From NCBI GenBank assembly GCA_028534125.1, contig CM052841.1, positions 67,580,001-67,644,000 of the forward strand: a stretch of 64,000 nucleotides of DNA, in the 5' to 3' direction. The notes under the pieces were generated by a model. That model did no database searches and was not told the origin of the DNA. It was given only the letters and a program-made list of their open reading frames with translations. Origin of the DNA: Lama glama. Lineage: Eukaryota. Of the stretch, positions 12,863-25,562 are shown one piece after another. How positions within the stretch are numbered: position 1 is the stretch's first letter; the number at the start of each line of letters is the position of its first letter. A program made the position numbers and the translations under genes.

Positions 12863-13169
12863 TGAGAACAAGCTGGGCTCTTTGCCTGCGGTAAACACGC
12901 CCGTCCTTCCTCCCTCCTCGGGGGCTGACACCCGTTTCCTGTTGAGTCCCCCTCGGCCCCACGACCTCCCCTCACTGGCCCTTCCGCATGTGCCCTCTTG
13001 CCCCCTTTCCAGTGCCGCTGTCCGGACCAGTGGTCTCTGCCCTGCCGTCCTCACTCATGTGCTGCCAGCGACCCACTCTTCACCCCTTGGGACCTCAAAG
13101 CCTCTTAATGCCTTCAGATCCTGCCCCCACCCAGGACTTTTCCTGAGCACCCCTCCATTGATCACAAAT

Positions 13170-13340
13170 CCTTAATGCTCCTTACGGAGCACCTTCTGTG
13201 TACACGGAGTCTTGCCCGGGGGACCCATAGCCCCCGGGACCGGGTGAGGTGGATATTAGCACCTTTATGCTCATTCGCAGCAGAAAGAGAAGGGCTCAGA
13301 GAGGTGAGCGGGCTGACGAGGGCCACACAGCCAGAAAGTG
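13170..13340 (-). mobile_element. MIR fragment
   Basis: gagaagggctcagagaggtgagcgggctgacgagggccacacagc, reverse MIR-like. Confidence 0.5.
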
Positions 13341-14883
13341 CTGTGCACAGCAGCTCCTCCCCGCACACCCCGGGGGTGGGGATTCCCTCTGTCCCTGGAG
13401 CCGGCTGACTGTCACCGTGTCCAGTGCTCTGAGCTGTCCCTCGTCCAAGTGCAGTGCCTGTCCTGCTCCGGCCAGACCTCAAGTCAGGGGTCTCCCTGGA
13501 GGAGAGCGGCCCGCAGCGACGAGGAGCAGGTGCACACAGAGCCTCGCCCAGAAGCCGGTACCGGGCCGAGGGACGGAGGGCGGTGCGCGGGGACCCGGCG
13601 CGCACGGCGAGGGGCCCCTCAGGGCCCCCGGGGCTGCACGCCAGCACGCCAGGGGCTTTCTGGAGGAGGGAAGCTGTGCTTGAGCCAAGGTCCAGAGAGG
13701 TCTCTCCACCCGAAGGAGCGAAGTTGCAGATGAGCCATGAGAATGTGCCGCCCTCTGGGTGCAGCCCTGGCACCTTGACCCCAGGACCCACTGGTGATGG
13801 CTTCGCAGTGGCCTCGGGCCCGTCCTTCACTGTCACACAGAACGGATTCTGGGGAAGACGCATGCACAGCAAGGAGCGCAGCCCTGGCATCGCCCCTGAT
13901 GACCCTGCGTGGGCGCTGTCCCCAAGGACGGAGTCCAGCGTCCCCACATCCTTCCGTCTTCTTCCCCCAACAACGAGAGCTCGGCGGGTCGTGTGGCGAA
14001 GGGGCCCCGCTCTCCTGCCTGGGGACTGCCGCGCTGGCCTCTTAGGGCTTGGCTCCTCCAGCTGCAGAACGGGGATTAAGCAGGCGCAGTCTGCAGGGTC
14101 CTCTTGGGCGCAGAGAGCTTCTCTGCCCAGCGTCAGATTGACAGGAAACGCTGTCTAAACACGAGTCATTAACGCAGTTATTACCACTTCAACCAGTTTA
14201 CTCCTGCAGGATGGGGTCGAAGCCCTGGGGGACGGCGGGTGTTGGTGGGGTTTGTGGGACCTGTGCTGTCCCTTCCCTTGGAGCTGCCCTGTCGTTTTGA
14301 GTCGTCTCCCCATCGTGATGAGAACAGTGGAATAAAATGCATGCTCTCCTGAGCTGACAGTGGCGCTGTTGGCTGCCGGGAGGATGCCTGGAAAAGACCA
14401 GGAGGCTCGGTGGCTGGTGGGGTGATCCATGCACCTGCGGCAAGTGTCAGCCACGCATCCCCTTTCCTGGCTGAGTGATTCTAACCGTCGTGTGGACGAA
14501 TGGCAGCTGGTCCCCATCCACGTGCCATCGGTGCGCGCTGGGCTGCTCCCACCCGTGGCTGTGGGGATGGGTTGGCTGTGAACGTGGGCGGCCGTGGGCT
14601 GGAGCCCCTCCCGCAGCTCTCTCTGGGGTGAACTGATTTGGGCGAATTGTTCATGTACCTATCTGAGTCCTTGGTATTGAAATTTCTGGGTCGTAGGGGA
14701 TTTTGCCTCCTGAAAAAATCTTCACTCCCCACCCCTGTGGTTGGGGCGGCAGAGAAGGAGGCAGGGTGCTTCCAAGCCCTTGGAGTTTAGGCCTGAGGAA
14801 TTCACAGGTTGCATTGATCACCTGCAGGAGACAAAAGATCTGAGCACTGGTCTGGCACCTGGCAGGCGCTCAAAAGGTGTCTG

Positions 14884-15345
14884 ATGGATGGATGGATGGA
14901 TGAGTGTGTGTGTGGGNNNNNNNNNNNNNNNNNNNNNNNNNNNNNNNNNNNNNNNNNNNNNNNNNNNNNNNNNNNNNNNNNNNNNNNNNNNNNNNNNNNN
15001 NNNNNNNNNNNNNNNNNNNNNNNNNNNNNNNNNNNNNNNNNNNNNNNNNNNNNNNNNNNNNNNNNNNNNNNNNNNNNNNNNNNNNNNNNNNNNNNNNNNN
15101 NNNNNNNNNNNNNNNNNNNNNNNNNNNNNNNNNNNNNNNNNNNNNNNNNNNNNNNNNNNNNNNNNNNNNNNNNNNNNNNNNNNNNNNNNNNNNNNNNNNN
15201 NNNNNNNNNNNNNNNNNNNNNNNNNNNNNNNNNNNNNNNNNNNNNNNNNNNNNNNNNNAGCGGGTGGATGGACGGATGGATGGCTGGCTGGACAGGTGAA
15301 CTGGTGGATGGTTGGATGAGTGTGTGGGTGGATGGATGGGTGGCT
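14884..15345. repeat. (GGAT)n degenerate microsatellite spanning a gap
   Basis: GGAT arrays on both sides of the 342-N gap. Confidence 0.85.
14917..15258. other. Assembly gap (342 N) within a (GGAT)n-type simple repeat
   Basis: Run of N flanked on both sides by GGAT/GGGT repeats. Confidence 0.99.
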
Positions 15346-15482
15346 TGAGGGGCTTTTGGAAGCAGCAGCTCTCCCAGAGGAGGTCTGGCCCCAAGGACAA
15401 ACTTTCAGGTGTCAGGCAGGTCTCCTGGGTCCCCACGTGGGTCCCTTCCGTGCCGCCTGCTCAGGGCTCTCATCCTCTTTAG

Positions 15483-15614
15483 GGAGATATCCAGCAGCTG
15501 CTCTTCGTCTCGGACCACCGGGCGGCTTACGATCACTGCACGCACTACAGCCCTGACTGTGACACCGCGGTCCCCGAAAAGCCCCAGTCCCAGGACCCCA
15601 ACCCGGATGAATAC
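15483..15614 (+). CDS. COL5A1: COL5A1 exon 5 (132 nt; end of TSPN domain, BMP-1 site)
   Basis: tttag|GGA...TAC|gtgagt; [44 protein letters not shown]. Confidence 0.96.
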
Positions 15615-16695
15615 GTGAGTCCTCGTGGGGGCCAGGGGCAGGCCCTCTTGCGGGGGTGGGGTGGGGGGAGGGGCACAGAAGCCGTGGGACCCCTGTTAAC
15701 CCACTGGGTGAGAGTGTAATCGATCTGGGGACAAGGTGGGTTCCTGAGCCACCTTACAAAGGGTCCTGAGCCCTCAAAGTGACCGAGTCACAAAAGGCCC
15801 TTCACACAAGGTTCTGGGTGAAGAGAGAGGGCTCTCTTACCCTTAACACCTGCCCCAGGTGCTTGAGAGAGGGTGCCACAGGTGCCCTCGGGGCGCCGCC
15901 TCGGGGCTGCCAGGTCGGGGGGCTCGGGGCCGTCCGCGCAGAACGGCGGGCCCTCTGACCCCCAGAGGGACAGCCTCGGCCCGAGGGTTCCAGGAGTGTG
16001 CCCGACACCTCCCTGCGGATGGGCGACGGCGTGTCCGGGCTCAGCCTTCCATCCCCCGCCCCGCCCTCCAGCCGCGTCTCAGTTAATCCTGTCTGCAGCC
16101 CTTTGTGCCCGATGGGAAGCCTCCCCAGCCCCTGCCCAGTAGAATTCAGTCACTCATGTCTCCTCTGGCCTCCCTTCTTTCACGGCCAGTGGGAAGAGGA
16201 GGAGGCTGGCCCCAGGCGGCCGTGGAGCCCGGCCCAGCACTTCGTGCAGACCGGAGCGCGGGGCAGGGTTCCCGCCCCCGAGGCCTCCCGCTCCACCCCA
16301 TCCCCACCCCCTCAGCTCCGAGGCTGCCTCTCCTGCGTGGTTCTGGGCAGGTCGGGGGCAACCCTGGGGCGGTGGCCTTGTGAGCAGAGCCCACCATTTG
16401 GCTGGTTCTCCTGGTCCTCAGGTCCCGGGGGTCAGAACAGCTGGACCTTTGGGGCCCATCTGTCGTTGAAGGGGACGTGGGTCCCTGTTACATCCCTGGG
16501 ACTTCTCATGGGGCTGGCTCTGCCCCCCAGGAGCTGGAGGGGGAGGACCCTGTTCAGGGCCCGCGGGCAGTGTCTAGAGCTGGGCGTGACTTTCTGGCAC
16601 CTGATCTTCGCGGCTGAGCCTGCGGGGAGGGAGAGGCCGTTTGCCTCTCGCGTGGGGGTCTCGCTCCTTCATCACGCGGCCCCGGTGACTTTCAG

Positions 16696-16833
16696 TACCC
16701 AGATGGAGAGGGCGAAGGAGACACCTACTACTACGAGTACCCCTACTACGAGGACACGGACGACGTGGGCAAGGAGCCCACCCCCACCGAGGCGCCGGTG
16801 GGAGCTACTCGCGAGACCACGGAGGTGGCCGAG
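16696..16833 (+). CDS. COL5A1: COL5A1 exon 6 (138 nt; acidic Tyr-rich variable region)
   Basis: ttcag|TAC...GAG|gtcagg; [46 protein letters not shown]. Confidence 0.95.
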
Positions 16834-17399
16834 GTCAGGCTGGGGGGCTGCTGGTCCCTGGGGGCGACAGCAGGGCAGGGGGAGGACAGGAGGCGCCTCG
16901 GCGAGCCTGGGGGGCTGTTGGGAGATGCGTGGAGCCTGGGAGGCGATGGGCGGGACTCGGCGGGGACGCAAGTGGCCGGGTGAGCGAGGTCGGGGGAGCG
17001 AGGGACCCTGGGTGCTTTGTGCTCTTGGGGAGCGCTGGGCAGCGGGCTTCCATGGTGCCGTGTGACACCCAGAGACAGGGATGTGAAGGAACACGGTCCG
17101 CTCCCTAGAGGGTGGAGAGGACACTGACCTGTATTGCTGAGAGTCTGGAATGCTCTTTTTAAGCAACTTTGAGACGCAGTTCACCCTGTCAAGTGTGTCG
17201 TTCTGGGACGTTAGTCCCTGCCCTGCACACTGTTGGGCGGGGCTGCCCCTCCCGGGCCCAGGCGGCCCCTGTGCTGGATCCACTGGGCTCAGCTGGCCGA
17301 TGGGTCAGCCTCCACCTCTGGCCGCAGAGGAAACCTGAGACCCGGTTCCTGCTCACCGGCCGCCCCCCTCACCCTGCCTGTCTCTGCCCCGGCTCCCAG

Positions 17400-17651
17400 G
17401 AGCTGACCCAGCCCCCCACGGAAGCCTCTCCAGTGCCCGACACCAGCGAGGGGCCCGGGAGGGAGGAGGACCCCGGCATCGGGGACTACGACTACATGCC
17501 CAGCGAGGACTACTACACGCCCCCCCCTTACGAGGACCTCAACTACGGCGAAGGCATGGAGACCCCGGATGAGAACCCTGACCAGCTTCCCGACCTGGGC
17601 GCCCGGGCCGAAGTTCCCACCAGCACAGTCCTCACCTCCAACGCCTCCAAC
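17400..17651 (+). CDS. COL5A1: COL5A1 exon 7 (252 nt; variable region)
   Basis: cccag|GAG...AAC|gtaatt; [18 protein letters not shown]...[14 protein letters not shown]...TSNASN. Confidence 0.95.
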
Positions 17652-18598
17652 GTAATTGCTCCCCTGCCTGCTGGGCGGGCTTGCTCTGGGGGAGGGGGCT
17701 GGACCCCGAGGGCCCCCTTCTGTGCACCTCACCCTGCTGCCCCGGGGCGGCTGCCGTCCCCCGGCCCGCCACACCTGGCCCTGCAGCCCTGTGCAGCTGG
17801 GCTGCTCCAAGTGCCCTCCGGGAGGCCTGGGACTTGCGGGGTGGACCTCAGCGTGGTCAGTTTTTCATCTGCAAAGTGGGTGGAATGAGGCCGGCCCTCC
17901 GGGTCTCAGGGTTCAGGTGGAAGGGGGTGAGGACACGGGGGCTGCGGACAGTGGCCCTGTCAGGGCCCGGGATGGGGCAGGCTGCTCAGGGCTACGCCGT
18001 GGGGATGCGGACAAGCAGACAAGGCCTGAGGCCGGGGCGTGCTGGGCAGGACCGTGGGCTTTCCCGTCAGCCAGACCCGGCTTGAGAGCCCCGCCAGTGA
18101 CTGGGAGAGTGCCGCCCCCTCTGGAAGTCAGTGGTCCCTTTCACAGCTGGCACTAGTGGTGCCCGCTTCTCGGGGTGGTTGCCACATTTTCAGATGAGAG
18201 AGTTGAGCACAGCCCATGGTGTCTGGCGAGTGGTTCAGAATAGCCGTCACGTGATGCTGAAGTCTTGACGACCGCAGAGCAGACACACAGGGTTCTGATG
18301 GGTCCCAGCCCTTCTGTCAGTGGGCATGGGATTAGGGGCTCGTTACCCCGAGACCCTGGGCCCGGAGTCCCTTGGCAGCCCCACCTTCCCTGTTTCCGTC
18401 CCTGGGCAGCCCTGGTGTGCCGTGGGGTCGCGGGGCTCTGGAGTGAGTTCCCCATCAAGAGAGGGAGGAGACGCCCTCGACCCCAGGCGCCCCGCGTGCT
18501 GAGGTCTGGGAGCGCTGTCCTTGGAGTCCCAGGGTGGGGGCCTGTTTCTGTCCGTCACCTGGCATCCTCGGGTGACCCCTGCCACCCTTCCCTCTCAG

Positions 18599-18766
18599 CC
18601 GGACCCGCCTCCGGAGGAAGGGGGGGACGACCTGGAGGGGGAGTTCACAGAGGAGACCATCAGGAACCTGGACGAGAACTACTACGACCCCTACTACGAC
18701 CCCACCATCTCCCCGTCGGAGATCGGGCCCGGCATGCCCGCGAACCAGGACACCATCTACGAGGGC
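18599..18766 (+). CDS. COL5A1: COL5A1 exon 8 (168 nt)
   Basis: ctcag|CCG...GGC|gtgagt; [56 protein letters not shown]. Confidence 0.96.
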
Positions 18767-18914
18767 GTGAGTGGCTGGGGGGTGCTGGGCCCGGCCAGCA
18801 GGGGCGCCTTCCACGCCCGGGGGGGACCCCCGCTCCGTCAGCTGTGCGGGTTTGGTGTAACCTGGACCGCCTCCCTTCTCTCCTTCTCCTCTCTCTGCAC
18901 CTTACGGACCCCAG

Positions 18915-18971
18915 ATCGGAGGGCCACGTGGCGAGAAAGGTCAAAAGGGAGAACCCGCCATCATCGAACCA
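18915..18971 (+). CDS. COL5A1: COL5A1 exon 9 (57 nt)
   Basis: cccag|ATC...CCA|gtaagg; [19 protein letters not shown]. Confidence 0.96.
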
Positions 18972-21900
18972 GTAAGGGGCTTTCCTGTCACCTCTTGAGA
19001 CGGGCGGGGTGTGGGTCGCAGCCCGGGGCACACGGCGGGTTAGGCAGGACGTGGCCAGACCCGTGGGACCCCATGCCTCTCTGCCTGGGGCCACTGCCGG
19101 GAGCCACGCGACCACGAGCTGCCGCGTGCTGCCCCGGAAGGCCCCCGAGCAGGGGGACGCTTGGGCCTCGCCGGGGAGGAGGCGCCTGGGCTTTGGGCTG
19201 GTCAGGGCTCCGCGCTGCCCACGCAGGATCCAGGCTTGTCGCTGTGCTCATCTCTCCTTGATAAAGACACTCAGCTCCGGAGAGTGAGGGGCCGTCCCGG
19301 GGGTCAGCGGGGACTAGCAGGCACTGCGGGCCTGGGCCGGCGCTGCCGCGCCACAGCGGGCGCGGGGCTGTAACCTCGCACGCGCCTCTCCAGGCGGGCC
19401 TGCAGCGTGCGGGGGAAGCTGCTGCCGCTGGTGAAACAGGGAAGCTGCGTGTCAGCCACAGGCGCTGGCTGGTGGGCCCCGGGCCAGTGAACCGTCACGG
19501 CCGTGGGTCACGTCGTGACGTTGGAGTGGAGGGAGGAGGTCCCACGTGCCGCTCTGGGTGGGTGGGTGGGTGTTGGCGGGGGCCATGCTCCATGTTGGCA
19601 CATCCTCTGCCCTCGGGGAGCCGTGCCTGAGGGCCGCCGAAGCCAGGGCCCTGACCCGGGTGGGCGAGGTGCCAGACCATCAGGCGGGCAGGGCCCCCGT
19701 GGCTGCACATGATGGACACGGCGTCGTGGGCCGGGAAGCAGCTCCGGACATGGGAGTTGGGAAGGGCTGGCTGCCAAGTCCCTCCCCTGCCACGTCCTCC
19801 AAGCGCCGAGGGGAGGAGGCCAGCGCCCTGCACCACACCGGTCACGAGACTGGGGCCAGGCTTCCGCTGCCAGGACTCGGTTCCTGGTGGCTGAGCCCAG
19901 GCTGCGGCTGGAGACTCCAGGGCCCTTCTGATCTTGGGGCTCCTGGGATGCAGAGCTGAGGCAGGCCCCTCCTCTCGTGGATCTGGGGAGGGTCTCTCGG
20001 ACCCTTTTCTCCCTTGGCACATGAGGCCAGTGGCTGGGGCAGACAGGACCAGGACTGGGTGACTGTCCCACTCCAGGCTCCCTCCAGGCCTGTCCCAGGG
20101 AGGGGCCCGTCCGCTCCCCCAGGGCTGCAGCCGCTGGGCACACACATCCTTTCCTTGGGTTGGGACCATCTCCTTTCCGTTGCTCCCTGGGGTCCAAGAG
20201 ACACAGGGCTTGTCTGAGGCCAGGGGATGGGGGCGCAGGGCTTCCGCCAGCACCAGGTAGGCCCTCACTTGGCAACGTGAGGAGCCCTGGCACCAAGTCC
20301 AGGTTCAGAGAGAAGGGTGACCCTCGGGGCAGAGCACTGCAGCCGGAAGTCGGGGGAGCCCCCGAAGGGCTGGGCTGCTGAGACCCCTGCTGCCCTTGCA
20401 GCTGGGGGAGTGGTGAGGGGCCCGCCTCCAGCAGGGCTCCCCTGCGGCCAGCTGCGCGCACCTCCCGGGGAAGTCGCGACCAGCTTGGACGTTCCCGCAG
20501 GTGGCCTTGGTCCGCAGTGGACTGCCGCTGACTTGGGTGGCCTCTGTGGTGTCCCTGTTGCTTCAGTGAAAGGAGTATCTTGCCTGGCAAGAGCGAGCCC
20601 CATGGGCAGGCAGCAGCTGGGCTCTGCGGAGTCCTGGCTTTGGTCCCCGCTGTGCGAGGGCCGGGCCGGCACCTCGGTCCACACGAGCTTCCTGCTCGCA
20701 TGTCCCCCCGACTGGGCTGACCCTGTGGGAGAGCCATAGTGCCCCAGATCTGTGCAAGGGGCGGGGGGTGAGGCTGGTGCACGGGGTGTCCTGCTGCCAG
20801 GCTCTACCAGGCTCCACCGTGGAGCGTGGGGCAGGGGAGAGGGCTGAGAAAACAGAGGCGGTCCAACACAAACAGCATGTCTCCACAAGACTTGTTTCAT
20901 TTTTTTTCGGGGAGGAATGGGCCATCTGGACGCAGCCAGGGAAGGATGCCCGCCCCCTCTGGCCCTGGCGTTCGCACCCCCCAGCCCCCAGCCTGCAGGG
21001 AGAGCCTGTGGGGCCGAGGCCAGTTCCCGCCGGAGAGCTCATGTAGACAGTTAGAATTTCTCAACCTGGAACCTCGCCAGCTGTCCTCGGAGTCTTAGTT
21101 CCCCATAGACACATGGCCGAGTCCTGGGAGGCGGCTGGCGGGGTCTCGCTACTGACCACGCGGGCGTCCCTGCCCGTGGAGGCTGGAGGCTGTTTCCTCT
21201 CTCTGCCACTTGCCCCCGCGCCCTCCCTCGGGCCATGTGACTCACTGTCCAGGGAGCTCTCGGAAGCGGCCCTTCCTCTCTGTCCATGCCAGGGACTTCG
21301 GGCTGGTTCCCAGTCAGGTCCAGGGCCTGCTGTAACCGGCCCGCAGCACAGCGGCCCCTGAAAGGGACGGGGCCCCTGAGTCCATGGCGGGGAACAGCTG
21401 GTGAGCACCCACCACAGGCAGAAGATGGTCGTGTCTCCGTCCCCCGTGGTTCAGGGAGGGTCTTCTCGGTCTGTGCCGCTCAGCAGATGGACGGGCCTCC
21501 CGTAAGAGTTCAGTTCTCAGGCTGAGAGCTTGCTCCCTGGTGGGGCGTGGACCCGGCTCCTGCAGGGGGCTTCCGCTCTCCGTGGCCTTGGGAGCCCTCG
21601 GAGGAGGAGCGGCGGCCCCGGGCCCCTTTCTGGCGATGGCCGAGCCTGGGAGAGCGCAGGCACCCCTCACCAGGCTTGGCCATCCAGCAGCTCCCGGCCC
21701 TCCCCGAACCGCCCGGAGTGGTCCGGGCTGGCGCTCCCATGAGGGCCTGCCCGCCACGCCCCCGCCCCCGGACCGACAGTCGGTGTGTCTGGGAGCACGG
21801 CTGCGGCGCCCCGGGCCCGACGGGGCCGGGGCGTTCTCCCCTAATCCCTCCTCGGCTTCTGAGCCCCCGCCGTGGCCTTTGTCAGAGAGGGAAGCAGGAA

Positions 21901-23391
21901 AGCCAGGGTTTGCGAGGCCGCTCGGGTGAACTCCCTATGTGCACCGCGCGTGCACACACGTCTCTCAGTGCACATCTGTGTGAACACAGGGCGCAGCCTC
22001 ACAGCGACCGGGCAGCCCTGGTGGGAGGATGAGGGGCTCGGAGGGGCTCGCCGCCCCGGACCGTGCGCCCCCCCCACCCCGGCCTGGAGTCCATCCCCCG
22101 TGCCTCTCCTGGGCACATCCTCTTACTCCCCGGCAGCAACTCCAGGACTGGTCACTTGCAGGAAAAAGCCTGGGACAGAGCAGCAGGGGCCAGGCCCCGG
22201 GAGAAGCAGCCGAGCTTGCTTTGTTCTGGGGGGGGGCAGGAGGCAGTTCTGCCCCAGGGCCAGTCTGTCCAGCCCTCCCACGCCGCCCCAGCAGTCACAG
22301 GAACTCTGGGGAGGGGGGATCCACTGCGCCCACTGGCCCCACATGCAGCTGAAGCCACCTGGTCCTCGGACCCCCAGATACCATCCCCACTGTGTTCTGA
22401 GCATGCAGACCCCTGCAGCGGCAGGAGACCCTTTCCCTCCCTGGAAGGCCACGCATTGCCTCAGCCCCCCGAAGTGGGCGTGGAAGACGGGGTGCTGGGC
22501 CTGCCCAGCTCTGGCGTCGACGGGACAGGAGTAGAGAGAAGCGTCTTGCTGGGAAGGAGGCTGAAGTAGGGGCCTCCTAGTGGGGAGCCCCGGGCCAGGA
22601 GCCCTGACCTCAGAGAGCTGGACCCCCCGCACTGCCCGCACAGACTCTGGGGCCCAGGTGGACGGGGCTGGGGCGGGAGGCCTTGCCCCCATTTGGGGGG
22701 AAAGACAGTGAGGCCTGGGGGCCAGAGGCCGGGTGGACCTGGGCTCAGCCAGGTGAGGGGCTGGGGTAGGAGGGCACTGGCTGTCCAGCGGACTCTGCGG
22801 CGTTTCCCGCTTGCGCCGCTGCTGGGCGGCGGGGAGCACCCCTTGGAGGGCGCAGGGCCGGGAGCCCGCCGGGCAGCCCATCTGAGCAGCCGGCCTGATG
22901 GTTCTCGGGGCCGGAGGCCTCGGCCTGTGGTGTCTCTTTTCCCTCGTTCTCCCTGAACCCGCCGGGCAGTGGTCCTCCACCCTCGGTGGGCCCCGTCCTG
23001 GGGTCCACTGTTCCCTCAGGCAGCCGTCCCCAGGGCCTGCCCGGGCGCTGCCTCCTTCCCCCAGGGAACAGGAGGGCCAGAGGTGCGGCTGGTGGTCCTG
23101 GTCCCCCCCTCCCCTGAAGCTGCTCTTGAGGGAAGCCTGTTGGCTGCTGTCTGGGGCTTGGTGCTGCCCCGACACACTCAGGGCGGCCACCGTGGCCACG
23201 CCCCAGCCCCCATCACAGAGACTGCTGCTTGGGTCCCCTGCCGGGGCGGTGGGTGTGGACCGGAGGCCCGAGTCTGTGTCCTGTGGCTGCTTGGCCTGGA
23301 GGCCATGCTCAGGGCTGGGGTGGGGTGGGGTCGGCCGGGGATGGAGGGAAGGGGTCCTGGGGTCTCAGACGCCCTCTCTGGTCTCTCCCAG

Positions 23392-23433
23392 GGCATGCTC
23401 TTGGAGGGGCCGCCCGGCCCGGAAGGCCCCGCC
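23392..23433 (+). CDS. COL5A1: COL5A1 exon 10 (42 nt)
   Basis: cccag|GGC...GCC|gtgagt; GMLLEGPPGPEGPA. Confidence 0.95.
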
Positions 23434-23609
23434 GTGAGTATGGTGTTCTGTTCCCCCTATGAGTCCTGGGAGGCGTGTAGGGGCTGGGAAAAGCGGGTGC
23501 GGATGCCTCGGGGCGGGCCCTTTCCCGGCCCCACCTCGCCCCCCCCTGGCCGGGCGGGAACTGTTCCGCGGCTGCATCTTTGACTGTCTGGTTTTATGTT
23601 TCCTTCTAG

Positions 23610-23672
23610 GGTCTCCCAGGACCTCCAGGAACGATGGGTCCCACTGGCCAAGTGGGGGACCCGGGAGAACGG
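23610..23672 (+). CDS. COL5A1: COL5A1 exon 11 (63 nt)
   Basis: tctag|GGT...CGG|gtaagg; [21 protein letters not shown]. Confidence 0.96.
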
Positions 23673-25562
23673 GTAAGGGCTGCTCAGTCCCCGACCACGG
23701 GCCCTGTGGGCAGGTCCCGGCGCCCTCCCTGCCCCGGGCCGGCCTGTCCTCGCACGTGCGGATCCCGCGGCACGCTGCCTTCCTTCCTCAAGTGGCCGCG
23801 GCGCCAGGCCTCCCGCCACCCGCTGCCTGCGCGCGCTCCCTTCGGGCCTTTAGGGGAGCGGGGCCGCTGCCTGGCTCTGAGCTGGGGCAGGCGACACCTG
23901 CAGGAGGGAGGCCCCGCCGGGCCGTGTGTCCCGCGGAGGCTGCCGGGTCAGCACAAAGGGGCGGCCCTGCGGCCGTGCGTCCGCGTGGCCGGAGCAACTT
24001 CTGCAGCGGCCAGAGGGCTCCGGTGCGTCTCGGGATCTGCGCCAGTCCTCCCTCAGTGTGAGAGCTTCGTTGGCCTTGAGCCCCCTTCGCTCCAGTCTCC
24101 TTGCTGGAAATCAAGCCACAGACGCAAGAGGGCTTGCTCGGGGTCAAAGGGCCCATCCTGGGGTCGCGCTGCTCACAGGGACCGGAGATGCCTGCTGAGC
24201 CCAGGACCCGCGATTTCGTTCTGACACCCAGTGGGCATCTCGGGTACTGCACCTGTGGGTCCTTGACTTTCTTCCTTTTTCTCTGTTTTCCCTGCTGGTC
24301 TCCTGAACGTTGGTGCGAGCACAGCCAGGCTAGGGGCTGATGACCGGGCGGCTGAGCCGTAGAAGAGAGGCCCTGGGAGCGCGTGTGCGTCCTAACGGGC
24401 GTTTACCCCCAGGGCCTGGTACACTGGCCAGAGCGAGGAAGGGCCTCGTGGTTCGGGGCGGACGATGGCGGGGTCTGGTCCGGAGGAGAGGCGGCGGGTA
24501 GGGTCTGCTTGGGATGGCACTTGGCTGTCAGGCGCTGGGGGCTGCGGCAATGTGAAGTGACCGCGCAGACAAAGCAGGTCGGGCATGACCTGCGAGACAG
24601 CCAGGTCAGACGGCAGCAGGCGGGATTCCTGCCACGTTGCTTCCCTGTGGCCAGAGGTGGCCCTGGGGGTGAGTAGGTGGCCCCGCTCCGTGGCGGGGGT
24701 GCTGGGCTGGCTCTGACCCGCTCGGACAGCACGCTGTCTCCACCCCCGCCACCCAGTCAAGATTCCAGGCGAGCCAGGCAGCTGCTGCCCTCCCCCCACC
24801 CAGGGACGAGCACCACCTGAGTTCTGTCCTGGGGGCTGCAGTGCCTGATGCAGCTGGATCTGTGTCAGGTCGGGTGACGGCCCACAGAGCCGTCTTCAGA
24901 GGGACCCATGCGTGGGGGCTGCGTGGCAGCGCAGACCTCCTCCCTCTTAGACGAAGGCTAGGACGCTGTCCACAGTGGGCACGGTACTGACTGGCATCTC
25001 CGGTCAGCCGCTGTGGTGCTCCCAGTGTCAGTCCGTCCATCCATCTGTCCGTCCAGCATGCAGATGTTCACTGAGTGTCCACAGTGCTGGGCGCTGGGTC
25101 TCAGTGCCCGTGAACCAGAGGGGCTCCCCTCCCTCCTTGGTCCCTGCCTCTGGACTGAGCCTGACGGTGCCCCTGCTGGTGCTCTGCGCCCTGCGGCCTG
25201 GCTGTTGGAGGAGCCACGACACCCGGGAGTGTCATTTTGGTGCCTTTACAGCTGGTCTCTCTTAAACCCAAGCTGGGGTCCAGGAGACAGGGACCAAGGA
25301 GGGGCAGGCAGAGGACCCACCTGCTCTGGGGCCCTTGGTCTCTGATGCTGCAGCCCACTGACCGTCCTGGGGAGAGAGGCTGGTTCTGGGAGCTGAGCAC
25401 TGCCCCCCTCGCCACAAGCCCTGCTTAACTGGCCTTGTCCAGGAATTGTCCCTGCTCACGGCTCAGCAGCCTCTCAATGCCCAGATCTCCTGGTTGTGTG
25501 CTCATGAGCTGTGAAAGAACACTGGACACAGAGTCAGGAGCAGGCTGACCTCAGAATCCCTC

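Noticed and set aside
11588-13054. 488-aa minus-strand ORF and other long intronic ORFs (e.g. 19508-20782, 22123-23199, 15998-17065)
   Set aside because: Pro/Gly/Arg/Ala-rich with no recognisable domain. Expected from stop-codon scarcity in GC-rich DNA, and several cross simple repeats.
17397-17402. NAGNAG (CAGGAG) acceptor at exon 7
   Set aside because: Distal GAG acceptors are rarely used, and the proximal CAG gives the expected peptide.
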